Assembly (NCBI GenBank): GCA_046704885.1
Contig: JBJKRB010000158.1
Coordinates: 46,400 to 110,399, forward strand
Source: Thermoanaerobaculia bacterium
Lineage (GTDB): Bacteria; Acidobacteriota; Thermoanaerobaculia; Multivoradales; JBJKRB01
Direction of reading: 5' to 3'
Length of the DNA: 64,000 bases
Positions 21,115 to 29,255 of the stretch are shown here, one piece after another. A program made the position numbers and the translations under genes. Position 1 is the stretch's first letter. The number at the start of each line of letters is the position of its first letter. The notes below the pieces were generated by a model. The model ran no database searches, was not told the origin of the DNA, and worked only from the letters and a program-made list of their open reading frames with translations.

Positions 21115-22443
21115 ATGCGGCGTGACTCGGAGCAGCTCTCAGGGTGGGGAGGGATCTCGGTTCCCGGAAGGGAGATCCTTTCCGAGGATCTCTCGAGCGC
21201 CGCCGCCGGACAGCCGCTGACGCGTGGGCTCGGGCGAGCTTACGGCGACGCCGCGCTTCCGCCGCCGAAGGTGGGAAGCGTGGCGGGCTCGAGGCTGGCC
21301 GACCGCATTCTGGCTCTGGATCCAGAGAGCGGAGCCCTGCGCGCCGAGGCCGGACTCTCACTGCGGGAGATGGTCACGATGTTGCTGCCTCGCGGCTGGT
21401 TTGTCCCGGTGACGCCGGGGACCCAGTTCGTCACCCTAGGTGGGATGGTGGCGGCCGACGTGCACGGCAAGAATCATCACGTGAGCGGAACGATCGGGCG
21501 CCACGTCAACTCCTTGACCCTGCGCCTCGCCGGCGGTGAAATCGTACGCTGCTCGCGGGAGGGGCGCTCCGACTTGTTTCGGGCCACCCTGGGCGGCATG
21601 GGATTGACCGGCCATATCCTCGAGGTCGGGCTGACCTTGGAAAAGATCGAAACTCCATGGATCTATGGCGAGAGCGAGCGCTTCGGCGATCTGTCCGAGT
21701 TGCTCGCGGCGCTCGAGGCTGCGAGCGGCGAGTGGCCTTTCACCGCCGTTTGGGCGGATCTCATGGCGCCTGCCAGACGTCTGGGCCGCGGAATCCTCTT
21801 CCGAGGGCGCTGGGCCCGCTCCGCGGAAGCGCCGGCCGCAGCGCCGCGCCCGAAGCGCGTCTTCGAGGTTCCCGTGACCGCTCCGAATTGGCTGCTTGCG
21901 TCCCCCTTGGTCCGCGGTTTCAACCTAGCGACGTATCGCAAGCACGTTCCTCGCCGTAAGTCCGGGATCATTCATCCCGAGGCCTTCTTTTATCCACTCG
22001 ATTCTGTAGGCCACTGGAATCGCTTGTACGGCAAGCGCGGCTTCACGCAGTATCAGTGCGTTCTGCCCGCGGAGGCGGGTCGAGAAGGGGCCAAGGAGTT
22101 TCTTGCCGAGCTCAAGCGCCTGGGAGGTCGCTGCTTCTTGGCTGTGATCAAAGACTGTGGTGCCGAGGGAGAAGGAGTTCTCTCGTTCCCCCGCCCGGGA
22201 ATCTCGCTGGCTCTCGATCTCCCGGTCGACCGCCACACCCAGGAGCTCGTCGATCGTCTCAACGAGCGATTGCTCCACTATGGCGGCCGCATCTATTTGG
22301 CCAAGGACGCCTTCACCCGGGAGAGCCATTTCCGGAAAATGGAGCCGCGTCTCGAACGCTTTACCGAAATTCGGCGCAAGTTCGATCCCGAGGCGCGGCT
22401 GAGGAGCGCCCTCTCTGTGCGACTCTTTGGGGACGCGGCGTGA
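21115..22443 (+). CDS. FAD-dependent oxidoreductase of the DprE1 (decaprenylphosphoryl-beta-D-ribose 2'-oxidase) family
   Basis: 442 aa. LSGWGG, RGLGRAYGD, PGTQFVTLGGMVAADVHGKNHH, FFYPLDSVGHWNRLYGKRGFTQYQCVLP and GGRIYLAKD all align with M. tuberculosis DprE1 (Rv3790) signature blocks. Confidence 0.85.
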   Translation: MRRDSEQLSGWGGISVPGREILSEDLSSAAAGQPLTRGLGRAYGDAALPPPKVGSVAGSRLADRILALDPESGALRAEAGLSLREMVTMLLPRGWFVPVTPGTQFVTLGGMVAADVHGKNHHVSGTIGRHVNSLTLRLAGGEIVRCSREGRSDLFRATLGGMGLTGHILEVGLTLEKIETPWIYGESERFGDLSELLAALEAASGEWPFTAVWADLMAPARRLGRGILFRGRWARSAEAPAAAPRPKRVFEVPVTAPNWLLASPLVRGFNLATYRKHVPRRKSGIIHPEAFFYPLDSVGHWNRLYGKRGFTQYQCVLPAEAGREGAKEFLAELKRLGGRCFLAVIKDCGAEGEGVLSFPRPGISLALDLPVDRHTQELVDRLNERLLHYGGRIYLAKDAFTRESHFRKMEPRLERFTEIRRKFDPEARLRSALSVRLFGDAA

Positions 22444-23186
22444 GGGCGGCGATTCTGGGAGCGACGAAGGGAATCGGGCGTGCCGTGGCGCGCCGTCTGG
22501 CGGAGCGCGGCGACGCGCTCGTTCTGCTCGGGCGCGACCCCGACGACCTCGAACGCAGCGCCCGCGATCTCGAGGTGCGCGGCGACCGCGACGAGACGCG
22601 CACCGTGAGCACCGTGCGCTGCGACCTCGAGGATCGCGCGACGATCGCTCCGGCTTTGGACGCCGCGGTTCGAGAGCTGGGCGGCCTCGACCTGGTGTTG
22701 GTCACGGCTGGGGCCTTTGGGACGCAGGAAGATCTCGAGAACGACGTCTCGCAGGCCGAGCGGGTCCTCGACACAAACTTTACGGCTACCGTGCTCTTCC
22801 TCGAAGAGGCGCGCAAGCGTCTGCTAGCGGCGGGCGGCGGGACGCTCTGCGCCGTGAGCTCGGTGGCGGGGGAGCGCGGGCGCAAGCCGGTGATTCTCTA
22901 CGGTGCGAGCAAGGCGGGGCTCACCCGCTATCTCGAAGGGCTCGACCACAAGTTCCGGCGCCTCGGACTCAAGGTCGTGACCGTAAAGCCGGGATTCGTT
23001 CGGACCGGGATGACCGCCGGTCTTCCGGCTCCCCCCTTTGCCGGCGATCCCGAGGGAGTCGCGCGCGACATCGTGCGAGCGATCGATCGCGGTCGACCGG
23101 TGGTCTATACACCATGGCCTTGGCGCTACCTGATGTGGATCGTCCGCCGTCTGCCGCGGGCGGTCATGCGCCGCCTCTCCTTCTAG
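22440..23186 (+). CDS. short-chain dehydrogenase/reductase of the DprE2 (decaprenylphosphoryl-2-keto-ribose reductase) family
   Basis: GTG start at 22440 (GTGA overlap with the DprE1-like stop). 248 aa. AILGATKGIGRAVA Rossmann motif, SSVAGERGRKPVILYGASKAGL (YxxxK), C-terminal TPWPWRYLMWIVRRLPRAVMRRL matching the Rv3791 C-terminus. Confidence 0.85.
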   Translation: MRAAILGATKGIGRAVARRLAERGDALVLLGRDPDDLERSARDLEVRGDRDETRTVSTVRCDLEDRATIAPALDAAVRELGGLDLVLVTAGAFGTQEDLENDVSQAERVLDTNFTATVLFLEEARKRLLAAGGGTLCAVSSVAGERGRKPVILYGASKAGLTRYLEGLDHKFRRLGLKVVTVKPGFVRTGMTAGLPAPPFAGDPEGVARDIVRAIDRGRPVVYTPWPWRYLMWIVRRLPRAVMRRLSF

Positions 23187-23332
23187 TGTCGCCAAGAGAC
23201 ATTGTTTGTGCCAGGGGAGGAGTCGCCCCCGTGCGGCTAGCGCTCTTACCGGCAGATTCCTTCGGACGCAACCAGGCGCGAACGATTTCCGTAAGAGTTG
23301 ACAGCGCTCGATTCCGTGAAAGGAAGGTGAGA

Positions 23333-23830
23333 ATGCGGAAAGCTGCCGCCATACTTGTCGTCCTCATCGCCGCGGGGACGCTGCCGGTCGCCGGCACGGC
23401 GTCTTGCGCTGCGGCTCAGTACCACCAGTTCGATTTCTGGCTCGGGCACTGGAACGTCACCGGTAAACAAGACAAACCGGTGGGCATCGACACGGTCGTG
23501 AGCGAGGTGGGCGGGTGTGCGCTCATCGAAACGTGGAAGGGGAAAGGAGGGGGTTCCGGTGTGAGCCTCAACTACTACGACCCCGCGGACCGAATGTGGC
23601 ATCAGGAGTGGGTGGGTACGAGTGCTCGGCTCCACCTCAAGGGTGGCCTCGAGGGAAATAGGATGGTCTTAGTGGGCGGTTCCCGGTCGACACCGAAGGG
23701 AACGATCGAGGACCGCATCACCTGGGAGCCGAGAGCGGATGGTTCGGTTCTCCAGGTCTGGTGGGTGTCGAGCGATCAAGGAAAGAGCTGGAAGGTGCTC
23801 TTCTCGGGGACCTACCGTAAGGCAGAGTGA
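23333..23830 (+). CDS. small secreted/lipo-protein of unknown function (165 aa)
   Basis: GGAAGGTGAGA RBS then ATG 23333. Signal peptide MRKAAAILVVLIAAGTLPVAGTASC. W/G-rich beta-type mature part (FDFWLGHWNV...). Last gene of the GT-C/DprE1/DprE2 cluster. Confidence 0.55.
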   Translation: MRKAAAILVVLIAAGTLPVAGTASCAAAQYHQFDFWLGHWNVTGKQDKPVGIDTVVSEVGGCALIETWKGKGGGSGVSLNYYDPADRMWHQEWVGTSARLHLKGGLEGNRMVLVGGSRSTPKGTIEDRITWEPRADGSVLQVWWVSSDQGKSWKVLFSGTYRKAE

Positions 23831-23851
23831 GGAAGAGGGGGAAGAGTGGAT

Positions 23852-23886
23852 CGAGCCGGCTCCAGGGATAGCCCAGAGCCGGCTCG
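23852..23886. terminator. bidirectional stem-loop: 11-bp perfect stem CGAGCCGGCTC / GAGCCGGCTCG with 13-nt loop between convergent genes
   Basis: Seen in sequence. No clear U-tract on either side, so it may act as a Rho-independent-like or processing/stability hairpin. Confidence 0.45.
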
Positions 23887-23919
23887 AAGAGTCAGCATCT
23901 TCTGACGTTCGCGTCGGTT

Positions 23920-25476
23920 CTACACGTCGAACTCGACACCTTGCGCCAAGGGTAGCTCGGTGCCCCAGTTGATCGTGTTGGTCTGGCGGCGCATGTACGC
24001 CTTCCAGGCGTCAGAGCCGGCCTCGCGGCCGCCTCCCGTGTCCTTCTCACCACCGAAGGCGCCACCGATCTCGGCCCCCGAGGTGCCGATATTGACGTTG
24101 GCGATGCCGCAGTCACTACCCGTCGCCGAGAGGAAGCGCTCGGCGCTGCGCAGGTTGAGAGTGAAGATGGCGGACGACAGCCCCTGTGGCACACCGTTGT
24201 GGAGCGCGATCGCCTCGTCGAGGTTTTCGAACTCGAGCAGGTAGAGAATCGGGGCGAACGTCTCCTCGCAGGTAATGGGGAGCAGCGACGGCATGTCGAC
24301 CAGGGTCGGCTCGACGAAGAATCCGGGACCGTCGAGCGAATGGCCACCGTAGAGAACCTTCCCGCCCTGCTGATGGGCTTGATCCAAGGCCTTCATCATG
24401 TCTTCGACCGCCCCGTGGTCGATGAGCGGTCCCATCAAGGTCGAGGAGTCGAGAGGATCCCCGATGCGCACCGAGCCATAGGCCTCCACCAAGCGGCGTT
24501 TCATGTCGGCCGCGATTCCTTTCTGCAGGATCAGGCGGCGAGTCGTGGTACAGCGCTGCCCGGCGGTTCCGACCGCGGCGAACAGCACGGCACGTAGCGC
24601 CAGGTCGAGATCGGCGTCGTCCATGACTACGATCGCGTTGTTTCCTCCTAGCTCGAGCAGGGAACGACCGAGGCGGGCAGCGATCTCCTGTCCGATCGAC
24701 TGGCCCATGCGCACCGATCCGGTGGCGGAAATCAGCGGCAACCTGGGATCGGCGACGAGCGGCCGCCCGACCTGCGAGGAGTTGCCGACCAGAAGATTGA
24801 AGACCGGGGGCGCGTCATTTTCCTCCAGGACTCGCTGGGCGATGCGCGTAACCGCGATGGCCGTGAGCGGCGTCTTGCTCGATGGTTTCCAGATCATCGT
24901 GTCGCCGCAGACGGCCGCGACCGTGGCGTTCCATGCCCAAACGGCGACGGGGAAGTTGAACGCGGTGATGATCCCGATGGGCCCCAAGGGATGCCACTGC
25001 TCATACATGCGATGGTTGGGCCGTTCGGAATGCATGGTGAGGCCGAACAGCTGGCGGGAGAGTCCGACCGCGAGATCCGCCATGTCGATCATCTCCTGCA
25101 CCTCGCCGAGCCCTTCGGAGAGGATCTTGCCGGTCTCCAGAGTCACCAGACGTCCGAGCTCCTCCTTGTGCCGCCGTAGCTCGAGACCGAGTTGACGGAC
25201 GATCTCTCCGCGCCTGGGGGCCGGCCACAATCTCCATTCGTCGAAACCCGCCGCCGCCGCCGCTACCACGGAGTTGTACTCTTCGCGCGTTGCCGTCTTG
25301 ATGCTGGCTAGAGCCTCGCCGGTGCTGGGATCGACCGAGGAAAGGACGGGGCCGGTGCCCTTCAGCCACGAACCATTGAAGGCGCCCGGATTCTCTCCCG
25401 CGACGCCTAGCGCCTCGAGGATCTCCTGGCTCCGTTGTCTGTCTTTTGAAGTCATGGAACTCATTTGACTCTCCAT
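23920..25476 (-). CDS. pcd: ALDH7-family aldehyde dehydrogenase (alpha-aminoadipic semialdehyde / piperideine-6-carboxylate dehydrogenase)
   Basis: Start set to the internal ATG 25476 (AGGA 10 nt upstream; MESQMSSMTSKDRQ...). Motifs: FNFP, ELGGNNA, GTAGQRCTTTRR (catalytic Cys), EETFAPIL. Overall ALDH7A1-like length (518 aa) and sequence. Confidence 0.82.
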   Translation of the reverse strand: MESQMSSMTSKDRQRSQEILEALGVAGENPGAFNGSWLKGTGPVLSSVDPSTGEALASIKTATREEYNSVVAAAAAGFDEWRLWPAPRRGEIVRQLGLELRRHKEELGRLVTLETGKILSEGLGEVQEMIDMADLAVGLSRQLFGLTMHSERPNHRMYEQWHPLGPIGIITAFNFPVAVWAWNATVAAVCGDTMIWKPSSKTPLTAIAVTRIAQRVLEENDAPPVFNLLVGNSSQVGRPLVADPRLPLISATGSVRMGQSIGQEIAARLGRSLLELGGNNAIVVMDDADLDLALRAVLFAAVGTAGQRCTTTRRLILQKGIAADMKRRLVEAYGSVRIGDPLDSSTLMGPLIDHGAVEDMMKALDQAHQQGGKVLYGGHSLDGPGFFVEPTLVDMPSLLPITCEETFAPILYLLEFENLDEAIALHNGVPQGLSSAIFTLNLRSAERFLSATGSDCGIANVNIGTSGAEIGGAFGGEKDTGGGREAGSDAWKAYMRRQTNTINWGTELPLAQGVEFDV

Positions 25477-25587
25477 AGTGTTCGTCCTGGCCTGCGAACG
25501 CAGCGCCGCGACTGGATAGGGAACTGGCGACGGATGGTTCGCCAGGAATTCGGCTAAAGGATATCGCACGCGAGCTAAGATCGCGCG

Positions 25588-27540
25588 GTGCGAGCCCTTG
25601 CTCCTTCAGTCCTTCTCCTCGTCTTCGCCTTCGCGTGCGGCACGCTGGTAGGTGGAACGGGAGGGGTGACGACGCTGGTCGGCCACGCACTCATTCTCGC
25701 CTTCGCCGCGTGGGGCGCCTACGCTTGGCGGGATCCCCTCAGACTGGGCCGGAAATTAGCGTGGCTCGCCTGGGCGCCTCTAGCGATCGCCTTGCTCTCC
25801 GATCTGGTGTCGCCGGTTTCCCGTGCCGGCTGGACGGGGCTGGCTTTGGCCCCCGCGTTTCTCTTTCTTCCCGCGGCGGTCGACCGCTGCTGGCGCGAGG
25901 GCGAGGCCAGAGTCGGGGCAACCGGCGTTGCGCTCACGGTCCTCGCCGTGAGCTCATGGGCGCTCGTTACGTTGTTCTCGAAGGGGTTGTCGCGAGCCGC
26001 GCTGCCTCTCGGACATCACAACTTGTTGGCGGCTTTCTTGGTTCCGCTGCTCCCACTGGCCGCGGCAATCCTCGTCGAGCGTGACTGGCGGCGGTGGTTT
26101 GGGCTCCTAGCCGTGGTGCTCGGCGTGACCGCAATTCTTGCCACTCGGTCGCTTGACGCCGCTGCGGCGCTAGTGGTCGAGTCGATCGCCATCGGCGTGC
26201 TCTGGAAGCGGGCGCGCCCCTGGGCCCTGGCCACGGTCGTATTGGCCGCTCTCGTGGCGCTGCCCCGCGTCCCGCGGGTACTTGCCGGCTCGGACCCCTC
26301 GCTCCAGGCTCGGGCCACCTATGCCGAAGCTGGATTGGATGGGATCGCTCTTCGCCCTCTCCTGGGTTGGGGGCCGGGATCGGTTCCATGGACGGTAAGC
26401 ATGAACCTGAAGCCGCGATTGGGCGTCAATCCCGCGAGCCAGGTGATCGGCGATCTTCACTCGCTTCCCCTCCAGTGGACGTACGAGACCGGCCTTGCCG
26501 GACTAGCTGCTTTGCTTGCGCTTGGTTGGTTCTTTGCCCGAGCCCGCAGGCGCGAAGGTCCTTCTGGCGCAAGCGACTTCGAGCGCCGGTGCGTGCTGGT
26601 GGGGGCGGCCGGGCTTCTCGTCGTGACGCTCAGCAACTCCCAGGTCGAGGTCGTTGCCTTGCCGCTGATGGCCGCGGTCCTCGTCGGGGTGTGGATGGCC
26701 GAGGGCTCGGATCGCGAATGGCGGGAGCTGAGACAAACGAGCAAGTGGCGCTGGGGCTTGCTTCTCCTAGTGGTGGGCGCCCTGGCCCTCCTTCCCATGG
26801 ACTTGGCTCACCTCTCCTATGATTGGGCGCACCGTAGCGTTGGCGACACCCAGGTGCGCCGGTTGGCGTGGGCAACCCACCTAGATCCGCGCTTCCCCCT
26901 CTATCGATTTCGCTTGGCGTTGGCGCTGGAGAGGAGCCAGCCTCAGCAGGCGGCAAAGGAGGCGCTGGCCGCGGCGACTCGGGCGCGCGGCGTTGCGCCT
27001 TTGTGGCTCGAAGCTGGGCTCCTCGCTCGCAAGGCAGGCCTCGCGAGTGGGACCGAAGCGCTGGTCGCCGCCTGTCGACTCGATCGCCTTGCACCTCTTC
27101 CTCCCTTCTTCGCCGCGTTGAGCTCCCCGGACGACCGGCGCGGGGCGGAGCTGTTGGCGCATGCTCTCGCCCTCGAGCCTCGTTTGGCGGCGGCCATGGC
27201 TCTCGACAACCGGGGCTCGCTCATTGACGCGGCGCGCGCGCGAATCTTGGAAACGCGACAGCTGCCACTCCGCTGGAGGATCGACCTCGAGCGTTCGGTG
27301 GCCCTGGCGCGCAGCCAGCGCTCGGACGCGCGCTCCGCGCATCTCGTCTTGGATGCCGATCAGGAGTCCTATCTCTCCTTTTCCGTCTACGCCTTCCGTC
27401 GAAGCCCTTGGCCGGCCCGTCTCGCGTCGGTGATTTTGCGGCGATCCGGGGTCGACGTCATGAGCTCGGTGCCGCGGCTCGACGCTCTGCCGGGCTTGCC
27501 GCGATCCCTCGGTCGAGCGCTATCTTGCGGTAGCGATTGA
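25588..27540 (+). CDS. O-antigen ligase (Wzy_C/RfaL) family membrane protein fused to C-terminal TPR-like helical repeats
   Basis: GTG start. About 10 TM helices. Wzy_C periplasmic-loop signature (GHHNLLAAFL ... HSLPLQWTYETGLAGL). C-terminal ~250 aa Ala/Leu-rich helical repeats. Confidence 0.65.
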   Translation: MRALAPSVLLLVFAFACGTLVGGTGGVTTLVGHALILAFAAWGAYAWRDPLRLGRKLAWLAWAPLAIALLSDLVSPVSRAGWTGLALAPAFLFLPAAVDRCWREGEARVGATGVALTVLAVSSWALVTLFSKGLSRAALPLGHHNLLAAFLVPLLPLAAAILVERDWRRWFGLLAVVLGVTAILATRSLDAAAALVVESIAIGVLWKRARPWALATVVLAALVALPRVPRVLAGSDPSLQARATYAEAGLDGIALRPLLGWGPGSVPWTVSMNLKPRLGVNPASQVIGDLHSLPLQWTYETGLAGLAALLALGWFFARARRREGPSGASDFERRCVLVGAAGLLVVTLSNSQVEVVALPLMAAVLVGVWMAEGSDREWRELRQTSKWRWGLLLLVVGALALLPMDLAHLSYDWAHRSVGDTQVRRLAWATHLDPRFPLYRFRLALALERSQPQQAAKEALAAATRARGVAPLWLEAGLLARKAGLASGTEALVAACRLDRLAPLPPFFAALSSPDDRRGAELLAHALALEPRLAAAMALDNRGSLIDAARARILETRQLPLRWRIDLERSVALARSQRSDARSAHLVLDADQESYLSFSVYAFRRSPWPARLASVILRRSGVDVMSSVPRLDALPGLPRSLGRALSCGSD

Positions 27541-27756
27541 GGTTGTCGAGTTCTCCACAAAAACTGTGGAAAACCCTGTTGGAAACTTGTTCTCGAGCGC
27601 AGCCAGGAGTCGATTTGATAGGGGTTTGCTACAGAGTGCACAAGTTCTTGTGCAGAATATAAAGTGTTTGTTTACAGTTGTTTACGGAAGCGCGCCGCAC
27701 ACCAATGAGGGGCGCCTCTGGCGCCATTCGAGCGATTTCCGCAACGAGGGGCGAGG

Positions 27757-29100
27757 CTAGCCGACGCGAGCGATGGCGGAAGCGATGCGAGAGAGGCCCT
27801 CGCGAGCGGTTTCGCCATCGAGGGTCAGTGCGGGTCGGAAGCGAATCGCACGGAATCCCGAAGCCAATCCGAGGACATCGGCTTCGTTGAGGGCTTTGAG
27901 AACGCGATTTCTGCTTTCGGTGTCGGGAAGGTCGAAGGCCAGGAACAATCCGCGTCCGCGCGGGTTTGTGACCCTGTTCGGGAAGCGCTCGGCCAGCTCC
28001 TGGAGGCCGGTGAGCAGCTGTTGCCCGACGCGCGTGGCGTTGGCGAGGAGGTCGTCCTCCTCGATGATCTCGATGATCCGCCGGCAACGAACCATATCGA
28101 CGAGGTTCCCGCCCCAGGTCGAGTTGATTCGGCTCGACACCTTGAAGACCGAGTCCACTTGGTCGAGTCGATGGTTCGCGGCGATTCCGCAGACCTGGGT
28201 CTTCTTGCCGAAGCAGAAGATGTCGGGCTCGACGCCGAGGTGCTCGAAGCACCACCACTTGCCCGAAGTCCCGAAGCCGGTCTGGACCTCGTCGAAGATC
28301 AGGAGGAACTCGTTTTCATCGGCGAGGCGGCGAAGGGCTTGGAGAAACTCCGGTCGGAAATGATTGTCGCCTCCTTCGCCCTGGATCGGTTCGATGATCA
28401 GTCCAGCGATGTCGTGCGGATTGTCCGCGAGAGCTTGCTCGATCTCGCCGATTGCCGCCTCTTCGGCGCGGGCCACCCGCTCTTCCACCTCGGCGGTGAC
28501 GGGAAAGCTCAGGGCCGGGTTGGAGATGCGAGGCCAATCGAACTTGGGGAAGTACTGGGTCTTGCGCGGATCGGCTGTATTGGTAAGCGACAGAGTGTAG
28601 CCGCTGCGCCCGTGAAACGCTTGGCGGAAGTGGATGATCTGGCGGCCCAGCTCGCCCCGGCCGGCCGCGAGGTTCTTGCGCACCTTCCAGTCGAAGGCGG
28701 CCTTGAGAGCGTTCTCCACGGCGAGCGCTCCGCCTTCAATGAAGAACAAGTGCTCGCGGAAGGCCTCGGGCACCGTGCGCGAGAAAGCCTCCACAAAAGC
28801 CGCCATCTGCGGCGTGTAGATATCCGAGTTGCTCGGCTTGGTGAGGGCCGCGGGGACCAGGCGACTGAGAAACTCGGAGGTGTTCAGCTTCGGGTGGTTG
28901 TAACCGATCGCGATCGTCGAGAACGCGCCAAACAGATCCAGGACCTCGTGTCCCCGCAGGTCGTCGAAGAGGAAACTGTCGTGACTTTTCGTCAGATCCA
29001 TGACCAGGTGGAAGCCGTCAACGAGCATGTGGCGGCCGAGAACCTCGTGGACTTCTCGCGCGGAAACCTTGGGTGTGACGTCAGCGGACAGAGTGGTCAT
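27757..29100 (-). CDS. lat: L-lysine 6-aminotransferase (L-lysine-epsilon aminotransferase; class III PLP aminotransferase)
   Basis: Start set to ATG 29100 (GAGGAG RBS 6 nt upstream; MTTLSADVTPK...). Block-by-block similarity to M. tuberculosis LAT (Rv3290c): HEVLGRHMLVDG, KPSNSDIYT, LFFIEGGALAVENALKAAFDWK, FHGRSGYTLSLTNT, EPIQGEGGDNHFRPEF, FDEVQTG, FGKKTQVCG (PLP Lys), NSTWGGNL. Confidence 0.85.
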   Translation of the reverse strand: MTTLSADVTPKVSAREVHEVLGRHMLVDGFHLVMDLTKSHDSFLFDDLRGHEVLDLFGAFSTIAIGYNHPKLNTSEFLSRLVPAALTKPSNSDIYTPQMAAFVEAFSRTVPEAFREHLFFIEGGALAVENALKAAFDWKVRKNLAAGRGELGRQIIHFRQAFHGRSGYTLSLTNTADPRKTQYFPKFDWPRISNPALSFPVTAEVEERVARAEEAAIGEIEQALADNPHDIAGLIIEPIQGEGGDNHFRPEFLQALRRLADENEFLLIFDEVQTGFGTSGKWWCFEHLGVEPDIFCFGKKTQVCGIAANHRLDQVDSVFKVSSRINSTWGGNLVDMVRCRRIIEIIEEDDLLANATRVGQQLLTGLQELAERFPNRVTNPRGRGLFLAFDLPDTESRNRVLKALNEADVLGLASGFRAIRFRPALTLDGETAREGLSRIASAIARVG

Positions 29101-29255
29101 TGATTTCTCCTCATGCAACCGCTTCTGGCGGGGGTGACGCGGCATCGCCGGACGGGATCGATGCCTCACGCATCAGGACCTTTCGCATCGTACCAGGGCC
29201 CCAGAGCGACGGTCAATCGCTCGCGCCGCTCGGGCGGAGAGTCGGTGCCGGAGGG

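Noticed and set aside
22427-23332. N-terminal 300 aa of the 467-aa ORF 22427-23830 (extremely Arg-rich)
   Set aside because: Out-of-frame read-through across the DprE2-like gene. Only the last 165 codons (23333-23830, with own RBS and signal peptide) look like a gene.
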